DNA of 64,000 bases from Selaginella moellendorffii (lineage: Eukaryota > Plantae > Lycopodiophyta). The notes under the pieces are model-generated. The model was given only the letters and a program-made list of their open reading frames with translations. It did no database searches and was not told where the DNA came from. The DNA is taken from assembly GCF_000143415.4 (NCBI RefSeq), contig NW_003314279.1, forward strand, positions 620,130 to 684,129, in the 5' to 3' direction. The position numbers and the translations under genes were made by a program. This document shows positions 60,681 through 64,000 of this stretch, one piece after another. Positions within the stretch are counted from its first letter, which is position 1. Each line of letters opens with the position of its first letter.

Positions 60681-61578
60681 TATCTGTCCCCCGATGCCAA
60701 TAGCACTTTTAAATAAAGAAGTATGATTTTAAATTAAATAAGTTAAAGAATATATGCATCCTAATCTTTTAGTTAGTAAATATAATTGTTAAAGTTTTTT
60801 TAACTCAAAACTATAGTTATTTTATATATTTTGTAAAAAAAGTTATAAAATCACATAATTTCTGAAGTATTTATTAATAATAAATTTATCATATAAAAAT
60901 TTAGATAATTATATATATTTAAAATACTTTATAACATAATATTGTTATATTAATTAATAAATATTTAATATATTAATGAATCTCATCTTTGAGATGATCT
61001 GTCTTACACTTGATTTGACTTTGCAAGCGATGGCTTGAAGTCTTAAACCTTGTTACTTTTCAAAATTAGTATTTAAAATAAAAGTTTTGTTTGAAATTTT
61101 GCTATATATATAATTAATTTTTATCTCTTTATTTTATAATATAATTATTAAACTTTTTTCAAAAATATTATCTTAAATTTTAATTTTCAAAAAATACTAA
61201 ATATTTAACCTTAAAAATTAATAAAAATAAATTAATATGAGTGTTTTGAAAAACTTATTTATTATTTATTTATTAAATTTTAGAATTTCTCCATTTCTAA
61301 CATCAAACTTGAATTTTTTTACCTTTTAATTGCTCCAAAATAATCTAGATGCTACTTAACTTTCTATATAAGATTTATATATTTTTATTTGAAGGTAAAT
61401 CTAAATGCATCATCTTTTAAATTTTTAATTGTTATCCAAAATTTGTGAAAGAAAATTTTGAAAATTACCTATATATATATATATTTTATTTTTATACAAT
61501 TAAAAAAGTTCCTAAATCATCATTTCATCATACAGGGAAACTCAAGAATAAGACATTTAAATTAGAACTTTGCATTGT

Positions 61579-61865
61579 ATGCTTTATTTCGTTAAAGTGG
61601 AACTTTTCATTATCCCACTTATGGTGTGTGGCCACATGCCATTTTTATAACAACAATAAAAAATTGAAGTTTTAGCTTTATAATTTATAAATTAAAAACT
61701 TTTCATATGATTTTGTGTTTTAATATTGTGAAATATAAAAAATAAATTAAAAAACTGATAGAAATATTAATAAATATTAATTAAGTACTAGGAAATGGCA
61801 TGTGGACACATGCTAATTAATGTCCCACTTTACTGAATAAGTTCCACTTTAACGAAATAAAGCAT
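61579..61865. mobile_element. MITE-like element with 27-bp perfect terminal inverted repeats
   Basis: ATGCTTTATTTCGTTAAAGTGGAACTT ... AAGTTCCACTTTAACGAAATAAAGCAT; inner IR CCACATGCCATTT/AAATGGCATGTGG; flanked by TTGT on both sides. Confidence 0.8.
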
Positions 61866-63000
61866 TTGTCTACTATTGCTTGGCCATACACCTACTATAA
61901 TATAATGGGGTTTTCTCTTTATCTTAATCTTTTATGTAAGTTTTTTTCGTCATTTGTCTTTCAAGAAGTTTAGTGCATGTAAAGCTACTCCCTAGAATGC
62001 AATTGTCCTTGGTTAAATAAAAAGACTGTCTTAGTATAAGTTGACTATAGTAAATATGGTGTAAAACACTTATTTGCACAAACTTGAATTAAGATATGCT
62101 CATAACTAATGATGCATGACTATATAGAGCCATAATTGCTGCCAATAGAGGTAAAAGAAAATCCCATAGCTCAAATGTTATTTTCTTTTTGGCAATTGAA
62201 TACAATAATACCTCATACTTACAATGTCCTTTTGCAGTTTTTTTTCTTTTATGATTTGGTTTTATGAAAGGAAAATGAGAGATCAAGATACCTTAGAGTC
62301 TACTAATAAGGCTTTTTATTAGATCACTTTTGATATGCAAAAGATAGGCATTTCTCTTGCTTCTAACAACCAACCACTTAGAACTTCACTAATGTTACAT
62401 ATTAAATGACCAAAATGATGATCTTAAAATAAAGTGATTCCCCAATGGACTTCCACTCCAATATGAACAAGGGTAATTTGAGATTTAATCTCTTCTACTA
62501 CTTTTGTAAATGCCATCAATCATTGTCAATCACCCCAAAAGTAATCAAATATAAGTTTTAAAAATTTTGAGATAAATAAAAATTGAAACTACACTAAGAT
62601 TTTTAAATGTTATATAGCTTAAAAATTGTAAGCAAGCAATGAAAAACACTTAACTTGAATATAAGTTTTGTGCTTTTAAGCAAATCGTTGTTCCTTTTTA
62701 ATGGTCCAGATTTTATGATAATTTATTTTAATGGATAAGAGTTTTTACTAAGCATAGTGTTTAAAAATTTTTAATTACCATACATCTTTGGTTTTATTAG
62801 TCTGATGGTTCTAAACTATTTACCAATAGTACTTTTGATCATGCTTGGAAAAAGGAACAAGAGATTATTCTAAAGCTTTTAGAGTCTACTCTTCTTTGTC
62901 TTGATTTGATCTTGATGCTCTTTTCGGAGTATAAGAAAAATATTAATAAAAAATTTCCGGATCCATTTATTTATTGATCTTACTAGCCGCTGCTTTTCAG

Positions 63001-64000
63001 CATCCACACAGCAAGCGCGAGGAGCAATGGCTGGGAGGTGAGCAGACCACTGACGAACGAGGCCTATAGAGGGTATGGAGACTTTCTGCTGCTCCGCCTA
63101 GACAACCGAGTCCTCGGCCAAGTTTTTCGGGCGCTAGGCGAATGTGATGGCGCCACGGGCTGCTTCCAGGCGAATCTCCTAGACCAGACGCTCAAGTACA
63201 CCGAAATCGTCAGCAGCGAATTCCCCCCACCCGCTGAAAAACCACTCGGGTTTGACGACATAGGCGACTACCCCATCCCATATACACACATGATCAAGCT
63301 CGTGGACGACGCCACGGAGAATGCAATCCGCTGCTGCCGTGGAGAGCGACCCATCCATCACCGCACACAGGAAGAAACTCCCTCGTGTACGACGTTTGCC
63401 GGAATGTTGCCTGCCGAGCCGGGAAGGAAATCTTTGCCGGGGAGCCAAACGTGTACGAGTTGAAGGAGCAGGCGCGTGCGTTTGCCGCTGAGTGCTATGC
63501 CGGCATCTTTGGTCTGCAGTCCACAAGCCTCACCGCTCTTGTCCATGAGCGCTCTCGATCATTTGCTACACCTGTCGTTCCACGCACTTTCTTCTCCAGC
63601 GATCACTTGAAATTGATGAGGTGTGCCAGGAGCCTCGAGTTGGCGCAGGAGGTGGCTGATGCCGGGGGACTGCCGGAATTCCCTCATCATGGAGGTCTCG
63701 TCTACAACTTTGAGAAGAAACACGCTTACAGCTGCTGCTATACTGCCACAAGTACAATAAAGGTATGGCTTCGATCCTGCCTGGAGTGTTTTAACTTCGG
63801 TTCTTTCTGTGGCTTGCTGGATATGACGAGCGCAAGCTATTGTGGTTGTCCTTCTAGAACCAGCAGTTCTACACTGTCGATGTGCAAGTGCCCGGTGAAT
63901 AATTTGCAGACGTTATCTTAAATTTTTTTCTTGCGTACAGGTCTCACGTCGCTGGATCAAGTGAGTGTTGTAAAAGATGGACAGGGCATGCGTGTTTCCA
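63001..64000 (+). pseudogene. Coding-like sequence of unknown function with an apparent frameshift near 63380; runs off the right edge
   Basis: GC-rich overlapping ORFs (63038-63463, 63385-63921) after a TTTTCAG acceptor; donor AAG|GTATGG near 63763; no recognised domain. Confidence 0.4.

Larger units (their letters stand above)
40434..60726 (-). mobile_element. Full-length giant Helitron (~20.3 kb)
   Basis: 3' end: hairpin TCCCAGC-GGA-GCTGGGA (40460-40444), 6 nt, CTAG (40437-40434), then T. Candidate 5' end: A|TCATACTTCTTTATTTAAAAG at 60726. AT-rich flanks, no TSD, RepHel gene inside in the matching orientation. 5' end less certain than 3' end. Confidence 0.87.

Overview
Eukaryotic plant genomic DNA, most likely the lycophyte Selaginella (inferred from ~50-60 nt introns, tight gene packing, an intronless microbial-type terpene synthase and a PLS-class PPR gene). 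Left part (1-27 kb) is gene rich: ankyrin-repeat protein (partial), SHI/STY transcription factor, SEC12/PHF1-like WD40 protein, two tandem histidine phosphatases, STAR1/ABCI17-like ATPase, MTPSL terpene synthase, stand-alone RNase H, PPR protein and an aspartic protease. Middle (29.9-40 kb) is a transposon nest: an old decayed Ty3/gypsy element with a tRNA-Ala-type PBS, holding a younger non-autonomous chromovirus (1.15 kb LTRs, TSD GTCCG) and a 195-bp solo LTR with a 5S rRNA internal promoter (Cassandra-like). Right part is a ~20.3 kb Helitron (40434-60726, minus strand; hairpin+CTAG 3' end, TC 5' end, A|T target). It encodes RepHel plus several spliced AT-rich genes: an RPA70-like protein, a second highly diverged triple-OB/Zn-ribbon protein, a SKIP16-like F-box/SMI1-KNR4 protein and an orphan gene. 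Other highlights are an intron-like 52-nt GC-AG insertion in the retrotransposon integrase, and tandem P1BS-like motifs next to a possible phosphate-related gene group. All calls come from manual reading; no searches were run.
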